DNA of 32,000 nucleotides, taken from Candidatus Nealsonbacteria bacterium. Its GTDB lineage: Bacteria > Patescibacteriota > Minisyncoccia > Minisyncoccales > MHMH01. Location: contig JBDRKR010000018.1 in NCBI GenBank assembly GCA_043813805.1, positions 3,289 through 35,288 on the forward strand. The letters run 5' to 3'. Positions 1-8,125 of this stretch are shown here, one piece after another. Numbering within the stretch: the stretch's first letter is position 1; each line of letters opens with the position of its first letter. Under the pieces are notes generated by a model. The model was not told the DNA's origin and did no database searches. It saw nothing but the letters and a program-made list of their open reading frames with translations. The position numbers and the translations under genes are program-made.

Positions 1-1091
1 TTATCAATGCCGATTTAGGCAAGCCCGAAGGCGTTAATTTTTCTCTTTTCTGGGAGGCCTGGAAAGCGCTTGAAGAAAACTTCGTCGATCACTCAAAAAT
101 GGATTACCAGAAAATGCTCTTTGGCGCGGTCTCGGGCATGGTAAGCGCCCTGAAAGATCCTTACACAGTTTATCTGCCGCCCGAAGATGCCAAGATTTTT
201 AAAGAAGATGTCTCGGGCGAGTTTCAGGGAGTCGGCATGGAAATCGGCATAAGAAACGGCGAATTAACCGTGATTGCTCCCTTGGAAGGAACGCCGGCGC
301 AACGGGCGGGATTGAGGGCCGGTGATAAAATCGTCAAAGTTGACGACACCTATACCGCGGATTTGGCCGCTGATGAAGCGGTGAAGCTCATCAGGGGAGA
401 GAAGGGCACCAAGGTTACTCTCACAATTTTCCGTGAAGGCTGGTCGCAATCCAAAGATTTTGAAATTACGAGAGATGTGATTGAAGTTCCTTCCTTAAAG
501 TGGGGGATGAAAGAAGAGAACATCGCTTACATTAATCTTTATCAATTTTCCGAAACAGCCACGGGCGCTTTTAACAGGGCGGCTGTAGAAATTTTGGCAA
601 GTCCGGCAGACAGCATAATCTTGGACTTGAGAGATAACCCCGGAGGCTATCTTGAGGTGGCTCAGGATATCGCCGGTTGGTTTTTAAAGAAAGGAGAAAT
701 TGTTACAATTGAAGACTTTGGCGGAAGCGCCGAAAGTCAAGAATACCGGACTTCGGGTTCGGGGCAATTGAGCGCTTATCCTTTAGCTATTCTGATTAAC
801 CAGGGTTCGGCTTCAGCCTCGGAAATTCTTGCCGGCGCCCTAAGAGACAATCGGGGAGTTAAACTTGTAGGCATTCAATCTTTCGGCAAGGGCTCGGTGC
901 AAACCCTCAAAGAACTTGAACTGGGCTCGTTGAAGGTGACGGTAGCTAAATGGCTGACGCCCAATGGCACCTTGATTGATAAGGAGGGGTTGAAGCCGGA
1001 TGTTGAAATCGAGCTGTCAGAAACGGATATTGACGAAAGCAAAGATCCGCAACTCGATAAGGCTATTGAAATAATTAAACAGATACGATAG
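1..1091 (+). CDS. C-terminal processing peptidase, S41 family with PDZ domain (5' end lies off-window)
   Basis: The frame stays open from the window edge: INADLGKPEGVNFSLFWEAWKALEENFVD precedes the first Met at 99. PDZ-like GLRAGDKIVKVDD is present. S41 catalytic contexts NQGSASASEILAGAL (Ser) and FGKGSVQ (Lys) are present. Confidence 0.9.
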   Translation, partial: INADLGKPEGVNFSLFWEAWKALEENFVDHSKMDYQKMLFGAVSGMVSALKDPYTVYLPPEDAKIFKEDVSGEFQGVGMEIGIRNGELTVIAPLEGTPAQRAGLRAGDKIVKVDDTYTADLAADEAVKLIRGEKGTKVTLTIFREGWSQSKDFEITRDVIEVPSLKWGMKEENIAYINLYQFSETATGAFNRAAVEILASPADSIILDLRDNPGGYLEVAQDIAGWFLKKGEIVTIEDFGGSAESQEYRTSGSGQLSAYPLAILINQGSASASEILAGALRDNRGVKLVGIQSFGKGSVQTLKELELGSLKVTVAKWLTPNGTLIDKEGLKPDVEIELSETDIDESKDPQLDKAIEIIKQIR

Positions 1092-1124
1092 TATAGAAAT
1101 CGATAACATCCTTTATAAAAAAAC

Positions 1125-1574
1125 ATGAAAGTTATTCTGTTGCAAGATATCGAAAAACTTGGCAAAAAGTACGACCTTAAAAATGTCGCTGACGGGCACG
1201 CCCGGAATTTTTTATTGCCCAAGAATTTGGTCAAGCCGGCTACCGAAGAAAATATGAAGTGGCTCGAAATTCAAAAAGAATTGTTAAGACAAAAATCCGA
1301 AGAAGAGTTAAAGAAAGTGCAGGGGGTTGCTTCAACGATGGACGGACTTGAAATCGTCCTGTCTGTGAAAGTCGGTGAAAAAGAGCAGTTATTTGAAGCA
1401 GTCACCGCTCAAAAGATCGTTGAAAAGCTCAAGGAGCAGGGGTTTGAAGTTAAAAAGACCCAGATTCTCTTAAAAGAGCCGATCAAGGAAATAGGAGAAT
1501 TTCCGATTAAAATTCAGCTTGGCCATAATTTGGAGGCGGAAATAAAATTAATTATCGTCGAAGAAAAAAATTAA
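1125..1574 (+). CDS. rplI: 50S ribosomal protein L9
   Basis: N-terminus MKVILLQDIEKLGKKYDLKNVADGHARNFLLPKNL is the bacterial L9 signature. Length is 149 aa. Confidence 0.93.
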   Translation: MKVILLQDIEKLGKKYDLKNVADGHARNFLLPKNLVKPATEENMKWLEIQKELLRQKSEEELKKVQGVASTMDGLEIVLSVKVGEKEQLFEAVTAQKIVEKLKEQGFEVKKTQILLKEPIKEIGEFPIKIQLGHNLEAEIKLIIVEEKN

Positions 1575-1652
1575 CATGTAAGCATTTTAGCATTTTAACA
1601 TTTAAGCATTTTTAATTTTGTTTAAATGTTTAGATGTTTAGATGTTTATGTG
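1575..1652 (+). promoter_or_regulatory. Long imperfect AT-rich hairpin in the rplI-pyrG spacer (possible pyrG leader or attenuator structure)
   Basis: Arms 1575-1608 and 1619-1652 pair at 32 of 34 positions (25 Watson-Crick, 7 G-U, 2 mismatches) around a 10-nt loop. Both arms are built from about 8-nt repeats (AGCATTTT / ATGTTTAG). The G-U pairs exist only in the + strand RNA. Confidence 0.5.
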
Positions 1653-1661
1653 AAAGTATTT

Positions 1662-3296
1662 ATGGCGCGCTATATTTTTGTTGCGGGCGGCGTAATGTCG
1701 GGCATCGGCAAGGGGGTGGCGACTGCCAGCATCGGTAAAATCCTGCAAAGCAAGGGTTTCCGGGTGACAGCCATCAAAATAGACCCGTATGTGAATGTTG
1801 ATGCGGGTACTATGAATCCCATTGAGCACGGCGAGGTTTTTGTGACCGCTGACGGCACGGAGTGCGACCAGGACCTGGGCAATTACGAAAGATTCATCGA
1901 CGAGAATTTAAATACATTTAATTACATCACCACGGGCCGCGTTTACGAAGCCGTTATCCGTCGGGAAAGGAACTTGGAATACGGCGGCAAATGCGTAGAA
2001 GTGGTGCCTCATATTCCGGAAGAGGTAATTTTCCGGATCAAAAGATCAGCGAGAGCGACTCGAGCTGATTTTGTTTTAATAGAGATCGGCGGCACGGTCG
2101 GGGAATACCAAAACAGCTTATTTTTGGAAGCGGCGAGAATGATGAGATTAACTTCGCCCAAAGATATCCTTTTTGTTTTGATAAGCTATCTGCCTGTGCC
2201 CAGTATGATCGGCGAAATGAAGACCAAGCCGACCCAGCAGGCGGTCAGGTGGCTCAATATGGCCGGTATTCAGCCGGATATGATTATCGCCAGGTCCGTT
2301 GTTCCGATAGATAATCCCAGGAAAAAGAAAATTTCCATTTTCTGCAACGTTGCCAAAGAAGACGTTATTTCCGCTCCCGACATAAAATCGATTTACGAGG
2401 TTCCTTTGAACTTCGAGAAAGACAGAATGGGGGACAGGATCTTAAAGAAATTCGGTTTGCGGAGCAAGAACAAGGGCGATTTGAGAGATTGGAAAAAATT
2501 GTCCAATACGATCAGGACCGTAAAAACTCCGGTAAAAATCGGGATTGTCGGCAAGTATTTTGAAACGGGCCATTTTACCCTGACCGATTCTTATATTTCG
2601 GTTATTGAGGCGGTAAAACACGCTTGCTGGTTTAACAGAAGAAAGCCCGAGATTCATTGGTTGTCATCGGAGGAATACGAAAAAAATCCCCGTTTATTGA
2701 AAGAATTGAAAGATTACGACGGCATAATTGTGCCGGGCGGTTTTGGCTCGCGGGGCATCGAGGGCAAGATTAAGGCGATTGAATTTTGCCGGAAAAACAA
2801 AATCCCTTATTTGGGATTATGTTTAGGTATGCAATTATTAGTCATTGAATTCGCCCGCCACGTTTGCGGATTAAGGAAGGCGAACTCCGCCGAATTTGCG
2901 CCCAAAGCCAAAGAAAACGTCATTGATGTAATGCCGGACCAGGACGTTCTTTTGAAAGAAAAGAAGTACGGCGGCACTATGAGATTGGGGGAGTACAAGT
3001 GTCGTATAAGGCCAAATACGTTGGCCTACAAGGCTTATAAGGCCGGAAGTATCATGGAGCGCCATCGGCACCGCTACGAGCTGAATAATGCCTTCAGGAG
3101 CACTCTGGAGAAGAGGGGCATGGTGATGTCGGGTTTAAATCCGGAGAGAGATTTGGTTGAAATTGCGGAACTTAAAGGCCATCCCTTCTTTTTGGGCACC
3201 CAGTTTCACCCTGAGTTTAAATCTCGTCCGACTAAGCCTCATCCGCTGTTCCGCGACTTCGTGAAAGCGGCCATAAAACAGAAAAGGCCGAAATGA
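1662..3296 (+). CDS. pyrG: CTP synthase
   Basis: MARYIFVAGGVMSGIGKG N-terminus. Glutamine amidotransferase domain with GLCLGMQ nucleophile and HRHRYE. Homology begins at ATG 1662, so the track start at 1626 is probably too early. Confidence 0.95.
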   Translation: MARYIFVAGGVMSGIGKGVATASIGKILQSKGFRVTAIKIDPYVNVDAGTMNPIEHGEVFVTADGTECDQDLGNYERFIDENLNTFNYITTGRVYEAVIRRERNLEYGGKCVEVVPHIPEEVIFRIKRSARATRADFVLIEIGGTVGEYQNSLFLEAARMMRLTSPKDILFVLISYLPVPSMIGEMKTKPTQQAVRWLNMAGIQPDMIIARSVVPIDNPRKKKISIFCNVAKEDVISAPDIKSIYEVPLNFEKDRMGDRILKKFGLRSKNKGDLRDWKKLSNTIRTVKTPVKIGIVGKYFETGHFTLTDSYISVIEAVKHACWFNRRKPEIHWLSSEEYEKNPRLLKELKDYDGIIVPGGFGSRGIEGKIKAIEFCRKNKIPYLGLCLGMQLLVIEFARHVCGLRKANSAEFAPKAKENVIDVMPDQDVLLKEKKYGGTMRLGEYKCRIRPNTLAYKAYKAGSIMERHRHRYELNNAFRSTLEKRGMVMSGLNPERDLVEIAELKGHPFFLGTQFHPEFKSRPTKPHPLFRDFVKAAIKQKRPK

Positions 3297-3343
3297 AAGA
3301 GGCTAAACCTCTTTTATAACGGTGGAGGTTTAGCCTCTTTCAT
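3293..3343. terminator. Bidirectional intrinsic terminator between convergent pyrG and rpmA
   Basis: Perfect 19-bp inverted repeat ATGAAAGAGGCTAAACCTC (3293-3311) / GAGGTTTAGCCTCTTTCAT (3325-3343) with a 13-nt loop. T-rich sequence follows on both strands. The left arm contains the pyrG TGA stop. Confidence 0.7.
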
Positions 3344-3354
3344 TTTAGTTTCAG

Positions 3355-3639
3355 CTATTCCTTTATAGGTTCCAGAGATACTATTTTGACGAGGCGCCGT
3401 GAGTTATCGAATCTTTGTTTTTTATTCGTGGAAAACTTAACTACGCCTTTAATTGCGGCGTAAAGAGTGTCGTCGCCTCCTTTTCTCACGTTATTGCCTG
3501 CGATGATTTTAGTGCCGCGCTGGCGAACCATAACTTGGCCCGGATTGGCAATTTGCCCATCCTGCAGTTTTATCCCCAGATATTTTGGCTGGGAATCTCG
3601 GCCTAAACGTGTTACGCCAGTCGCCTTAGTTGTTGCCAT
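3355..3639 (-). CDS. rpmA: 50S ribosomal protein L27
   Basis: GVTRLGRDSQPKYLGIK and QRGTK motifs typical of L27. Length is 94 aa. Confidence 0.93.
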   Translation of the reverse strand: MATTKATGVTRLGRDSQPKYLGIKLQDGQIANPGQVMVRQRGTKIIAGNNVRKGGDDTLYAAIKGVVKFSTNKKQRFDNSRRLVKIVSLEPIKE

Positions 3640-3647
3640 ATAAAACT

Positions 3648-3878
3648 ATGCTATCAGAAATTAAAGAATTTGTAAAGTCTCATCAAGCCGATATAATATT
3701 AGTCATCGGTGTTGTCTTGATTTCCCTGCTTTCTTTCGCGATGGGTTATATTTTAGCTAAAAATCAGGAGAAAACGCCTTTAAAATTCGAACAATATGAA
3801 ACCGCAAAATACAGCTATTATCGGAGCGGGGATAACCGGTCTTTATCTTGCCTGGAAGCTTTCGGCGGCGGGGCATAA
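3648..3878 (+). CDS. Small hypothetical membrane protein (one predicted TM helix)
   Basis: ATG at 3648; the track start at 3630 is a TTG that overlaps the rpmA start. Hydrophobic IILVIGVVLISLLSFAMGYILA. The 3' 83 nt overlap the next gene out of frame, so the tail or the whole call is uncertain. Confidence 0.35.
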   Translation: MLSEIKEFVKSHQADIILVIGVVLISLLSFAMGYILAKNQEKTPLKFEQYETAKYSYYRSGDNRSLSCLEAFGGGA

Positions 3879-4734
3879 GGTGACCGTTTTCGAAAAAAGA
3901 CCAAGCATCGGCAAAGAGGCCTGTTCCGGTCTTTTTTCTGAAAGGCTTTTGAGTTTTGTGCCCCAAAGCCAAGCTTTGATCCAAAATCGGATTGAATCAG
4001 TTCTGATACATTTTCCCAAAAAGACCGTTAAGGTTAAGTTTACGAAACCTTTTTTACTGATGAGCCATGCCGAATTGGACAGATTAGTTGCCGGATTGGC
4101 TGAGAAGGCCGGAGCAAAAATTGTTCTGCAAAGTCCGATTGATGTTATGCCTCAAGGATTTGATCAAATTATCGGTTGCGACGGCGCCAGTTCCGCTACC
4201 AGAAAAAGCTTAGGCATGAAAGATCCTGATTTACGATTGGGGATTCGGGGATTTGCCGCTTTGCGAGATACCTCAAACTATGTTGAAACATGGGCTGTGA
4301 AAAACGGCTTTATTTGGAAAATTCCCCGGGGCCAGGAAACGGAATACGGCGTAATTTCAGAGTTAAAGAGCGCTCGTCCGCTTTTTGAAGAATTCCTGAC
4401 AAAAAATAATATCCCGATAGAAAGAACGGCTTCGGCTTTAATTCCGCAAGGATTGATTATTCCCAGAAGCGATTCGGTTACTCTTTGCGGCGATGCCGCG
4501 GGACTTTGCAAGCCCTGGTCGGGCGGGGGAGTGATCTGGGGATTAGTCGCTTCTTCAATACTCTTGAAAGATTTCCCCGATTTAGTAAAATATCGGCATG
4601 ATGTTAAAAGATACTTTTTACCCAAAATCGCTTTGTCTAAAATAGCTACGAAAATGGCTTATTGTCTCGGATTTAATACCCCATACTTATTACCTAAAAA
4701 TCTCGAAATCGAGAGCGATTTTTTACTGCGATAG
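3796..4734 (+). CDS. FAD-dependent oxidoreductase, geranylgeranyl reductase family
   Basis: N-terminal dinucleotide fold IIGAGITGLYLAWKLSAAGHKVTVFEKR. IIGCDGASSATRKSLG (DG..S..R) and CGDAAG motifs are typical of GGR-type flavoproteins. At 312 aa it is short for the family. Confidence 0.75.
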   Translation: MKPQNTAIIGAGITGLYLAWKLSAAGHKVTVFEKRPSIGKEACSGLFSERLLSFVPQSQALIQNRIESVLIHFPKKTVKVKFTKPFLLMSHAELDRLVAGLAEKAGAKIVLQSPIDVMPQGFDQIIGCDGASSATRKSLGMKDPDLRLGIRGFAALRDTSNYVETWAVKNGFIWKIPRGQETEYGVISELKSARPLFEEFLTKNNIPIERTASALIPQGLIIPRSDSVTLCGDAAGLCKPWSGGGVIWGLVASSILLKDFPDLVKYRHDVKRYFLPKIALSKIATKMAYCLGFNTPYLLPKNLEIESDFLLR

Positions 4735-4765
4735 CGAAATTAATTTATTTAATTTCCTTTAAATT

Positions 4766-5464
4766 ATGACGTCTCAAACAAAAAATATTCCGTATCACCT
4801 GGGCATTATTATCGATGGCAATCGGAGATGGGCCAAAGAGAGGGGATTGCCGACTTTAATCGGCCATCGCAAGGGATTGAATAGGGTTAAACAGGTATTG
4901 GGCTGGGCTAAGAATCGAGGGATTAAGATTTTGACCCTTTTTGTGTTTTCAACCGAAAATTGGGAACGTTCAGAATCCGAAGTTAACTATCTGATGAGAT
5001 TGCTCCGGCAGGGGCTCAATGATTTTAAGAGAAATATCAAGAAAATCAATAAAGACGGGATTAGAATAAAAATAATCGGGCAGAAGGAGAAAGTTCCCGC
5101 AGGTTTGCATAAAATCATTCATGAACTTGAAGAGCTCACTCAAAACAACAAAGAAATGACGGTTAATATCGCTTTGAGTTACGGCGGCAGGGCGGAAATC
5201 GCCTCGGCCATTAAAAACATAATTAAGAAAAAGATTTCTCCCGACGAAATCACCGAAAAAACCATCTCCGAAAATCTTTGGACATCCGACGTGGACTTGC
5301 TTATCAGAACAGGCAAAGAACAGCGCATCTCTAATTTTTTAATTTGGCAGTCGGCTTATGCCGAATTGTATTTTTCGGAAAAATACTGGCCCGACTTCAC
5401 CGAAGAAGATTTAGATAAAGCTTTGGACGATTTTGCCGCGCGAAATCGTAGACACGGCAAATGA
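4766..5464 (+). CDS. uppS: Undecaprenyl (isoprenyl) diphosphate synthase, cis-prenyltransferase
   Basis: HLGIIIDGNRRWAKERGLP, TLFVFSTENWERS, LLIRTGKEQRISNFLIWQSAYAELYF and the C-terminal RNRRHG are all UPPS hallmarks. Confidence 0.93.
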   Translation: MTSQTKNIPYHLGIIIDGNRRWAKERGLPTLIGHRKGLNRVKQVLGWAKNRGIKILTLFVFSTENWERSESEVNYLMRLLRQGLNDFKRNIKKINKDGIRIKIIGQKEKVPAGLHKIIHELEELTQNNKEMTVNIALSYGGRAEIASAIKNIIKKKISPDEITEKTISENLWTSDVDLLIRTGKEQRISNFLIWQSAYAELYFSEKYWPDFTEEDLDKALDDFAARNRRHGK

Positions 5465-6162
5465 GAATTAATATGCAAATTCTGCCTACCATCACCACTA
5501 TTACTCCCGGTCAATGGCGCCAGAAACTCAAGGAGATCAAAGAACTTAAATTAAAAGAAGTTGCGGTTTTCCCGACGTGTTTGGATGAAAAAGAAAGAAA
5601 AGAACTTTTTTCATTGCTTGAAGAAACCGACATCAAAAGGATCCCTCTGGTTCACTTAAGGAGCGACATGGCCTTGAGCGAGCTGGATTATCTGGTCAGG
5701 GTTTTTAAGACGGAAGCTTTTAATATACATACCGGGCGCGAATACCCGCCGCTCAAAGATTATGGCTCGTACCGAAAAATTATTTATATCGAGAATACAT
5801 TCGAACCTTTTGACGAAGACGAAATTAAGGAATTCGGGGGAATTTGCCTGGATTTCGCCCATTTGGAAAACGACCGGCTGTTCCGCAAAGAAGTTTACAA
5901 ACACAATATCAAGATTATCGAAAAATATCCCCGTGGCTGTAATCATATCAGCGGATCCAAAGATTTCGTTTTTTTAAATAAGGGATCCCATTACCGCGAT
6001 TCCGCACACCCCCACTTTTTAAAAAGCTTATCCGAGCTTGACTATTTACAGCGATATCCGTTAAACTATTTTAGTACGCTCATTGCTTTAGAACTTGAAA
6101 ATACCATTACAGAGCAGCTAAAAACCAAAGAATATTTAACAGCGATGTTTAATGTACTATGA
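5461..6162 (+). CDS. Uncharacterised protein, endonuclease IV / xylose-isomerase-like TIM-barrel metal-site pattern (paralogue A)
   Basis: Overlaps the uppS stop by 4 nt (ATGA). Clear paralogue of 18091-18765. Shared blocks are W..KLKEI, AVF, KER, VHLR.D, FKT..FNIH, Y[IL]E..F, GG.C.D.AH, CNH, [DH]xH and IALE. Confidence 0.6.
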   Translation: MRINMQILPTITTITPGQWRQKLKEIKELKLKEVAVFPTCLDEKERKELFSLLEETDIKRIPLVHLRSDMALSELDYLVRVFKTEAFNIHTGREYPPLKDYGSYRKIIYIENTFEPFDEDEIKEFGGICLDFAHLENDRLFRKEVYKHNIKIIEKYPRGCNHISGSKDFVFLNKGSHYRDSAHPHFLKSLSELDYLQRYPLNYFSTLIALELENTITEQLKTKEYLTAMFNVL

Positions 6163-6827
6163 AAATTAAATTATTAGTCGTAGCAATCACCGTGATTATC
6201 TTAACCGTTCTGAGCATAATGGGATTTTATGTTTATAAGCAAATAATCAAACCCGAAGCCAAAGAAAACGTTCCCGCGACAACCGGAGAAGCAGAGCCGG
6301 AAAGTCCGTCAAACGGCGGGGAGGAGATTATTGGAGAAACCGTTTTATTAAAAGACGATTTTGAAATAACGCTGCCGCCGGGTTGGCAGGAAGCAACCAC
6401 CCCTCCTGAAGGAATTTTAGCTATGGCTATTGATGGAAAAGAAGATATTTCTGAGGGTGTTTTCCAAAAGCTTGATTTCAGGACCAATTTCTCCGTCAAG
6501 AGAGACGACATGAAAAAATACGCGAATTTTAATAATTTAGGAGACTATATCACCAGCATTAAAACTTCTTTGGTTCAAATGGTGCCCGGCATCAGTTTTG
6601 TCCAGGAAGAGCAAAAAGTGATTGACGGCCGCCGGGCTATTTTGATTGAGTGCTCGAGCCGCCAGGAAGAAGCCGACTTTAAAACACTATTGGTCTTCGT
6701 TGAAGACAGCGACAGCATCGTTTACGCAATTTCCTTCAATACCTTCCAAAGTTCCTGGGCAAGCTACCGAGACACGTTTTATCGGATTGCCGAGAGCTTT
6801 AAATTAAAATACAAAATCGAGCTTTAA
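6159..6827 (+). CDS. Hypothetical membrane-anchored protein
   Basis: 4-nt overlap with the preceding gene. N-terminal TM helix LLVVAITVIILTVLSIMGFYVY is followed by an acidic linker and a soluble domain. No family recognised. Confidence 0.6.
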   Translation: MKIKLLVVAITVIILTVLSIMGFYVYKQIIKPEAKENVPATTGEAEPESPSNGGEEIIGETVLLKDDFEITLPPGWQEATTPPEGILAMAIDGKEDISEGVFQKLDFRTNFSVKRDDMKKYANFNNLGDYITSIKTSLVQMVPGISFVQEEQKVIDGRRAILIECSSRQEEADFKTLLVFVEDSDSIVYAISFNTFQSSWASYRDTFYRIAESFKLKYKIEL

Positions 6828-8119
6828 GATTTTTTAATAGAATGGAAAAAGTCGTAAACGATTTTTCCATTTTTATTAAGAAAGCCCGCTTTCATGTCAT
6901 ACATCGGGAAATTGGTGAAAACGGTGCCCGCCGTAATCGTCTTTTTGTAATTTTCTCCCTCATTGATTTCGTTGTGGAAAAACAGCCCGTTTTTCAGTTT
7001 CAGAAAATCAAGACGGTTTTCCAGCCCGATTCTTTTTATTTTGCCTTTTTTTAATTCGAAAAATCCGCCCGGAATCAATTTCGTTATCGTGTGCTCGGGC
7101 AATTCAATGCACATCTGGGCGCCTTGGAATGAGTTTTCAGGCAAGGAATCAGGTTTCGCCGCCGGATAATTTTTCTGGCAGAAGTGATTTAAAAGCAGGC
7201 GCATGAAATCGGTACGGCCGTGCAATTCTTCCGTGGCGATGATTTGAGGGGTAGCCGCGGTGATTCTCGGGTTGCATTCAAGAAAGAAGATTTGATCGTT
7301 TTCCGACAGAATAAAATCTAAATTAAACATGCCCGTCAATCCTTCCTGTTTTATTTTTTCGGCTATCCTGATTAAGTCCCGGGTTATTTTTTCATAAAGT
7401 TCTTTTGTAAAAAACTGCGAAGGCAGCCACTGGATGCCGATAAAAAGACCTAAGGGCCCGCCGTTCGGATTTTTTAAAAAGCATTGCCGGTTCAGGGCTG
7501 AAAGGCAGACGTTTTCTTGATCAACAAAAAGAGAAGCGCCGCAAGCCATTCCTTTTTGATACTCGCGGGCCAAGAGCGGCAGATTAAGCGTTTTGAGTAT
7601 TTTTTGGAAAGATTTTTCCGAGTCGGCAAAAAACGTTCCTTCGCCTCCGGTGGATTTAGGAATTTGAACAACCGTTTGGAGAAAGGGCAGCAGGGCTTTT
7701 TTAGACCTCAGGATCGCGCTTTTGACCGAGGGGATTTTTATCTTTTTCAGGAAACTATCGAAAAACAGCTTGTCCTCGAATTTTTCGGCAAGCTGATAAG
7801 ACGGAGAGAGAATAGCGATGCCGCTTTCTTTACTCCATTCTTTGAGGAACTTCGTGGAGTTCCTTAAAAAGAGGCAATTTATCTGATATTTTTTGAGTTG
7901 CGGGGAGAGATTGGAGTTTTTAAAAACGTCCTCGCCTTTCAGTTCCGAGAAATTAATGCCCTTTTTTTTGAGCTTAATGGGAATAATGTTAGTCAAACGG
8001 AGCTCAGTTTGGGCTATTCTCATTTCTTCGGAACCTTCGAGGCAAATAGCATAAATTTCATATGTTTTCTCTTGGGAAAACACCAAGTCCAAACTTCTTA
8101 AGAAGTAAGCGACTTTCAT
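6824..8119 (-). CDS. ATP-grasp domain ligase
   Basis: C-terminal ATP-grasp core GMFNLDFILSENDQIFFLECNPRITAATP (E-x-N Mg/ATP motif). A Gly-rich PKSTGGEGTFF loop is present. Length is 431 aa. Confidence 0.75.
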   Translation of the reverse strand: MKVAYFLRSLDLVFSQEKTYEIYAICLEGSEEMRIAQTELRLTNIIPIKLKKKGINFSELKGEDVFKNSNLSPQLKKYQINCLFLRNSTKFLKEWSKESGIAILSPSYQLAEKFEDKLFFDSFLKKIKIPSVKSAILRSKKALLPFLQTVVQIPKSTGGEGTFFADSEKSFQKILKTLNLPLLAREYQKGMACGASLFVDQENVCLSALNRQCFLKNPNGGPLGLFIGIQWLPSQFFTKELYEKITRDLIRIAEKIKQEGLTGMFNLDFILSENDQIFFLECNPRITAATPQIIATEELHGRTDFMRLLLNHFCQKNYPAAKPDSLPENSFQGAQMCIELPEHTITKLIPGGFFELKKGKIKRIGLENRLDFLKLKNGLFFHNEINEGENYKKTITAGTVFTNFPMYDMKAGFLNKNGKIVYDFFHSIKKS

Positions 8120-8125
8120 GGAGGG

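Noticed and set aside
875-1234. A 119-aa minus-strand ORF, plus similar antisense ORFs at 7517-7867, 23159-23557, 25005-25358, 24475-24762, 18247-18579 and many 60-110 aa entries in the track
   Set aside because: Each lies antisense to a gene with strong, recognisable homology motifs. They have low-complexity or Ser/Leu/Arg-rich translations typical of shadow frames, and no independent start or terminator signals.
1626-1661. Extended N-termini from the ORF track (pyrG at 1626, small ORF at 3630 via TTG, sufE at 26880, yjbQ at 29039, thpR at 31848)
   Set aside because: Homology-supported N-termini begin at the downstream ATGs. The extensions overlap neighbouring genes, promoter boxes or hairpins.
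3648-3878. The 83-nt out-of-frame overlap between the small TM ORF and the GGR-family gene as a programmed frameshift or fusion
   Set aside because: There is no slippery heptamer or downstream structure at the junction. The GGR gene has its own ATG directly before its GxGxxG fold. The tail of the small ORF is more likely non-functional read-on, or the small ORF may not be real.
6824-6827. Convergent genes whose stop codons overlap in a TTAA with no terminator between them
   Set aside because: The overlap is real in the sequence, but it is probably just genome compaction. I see no evidence of a regulatory role.
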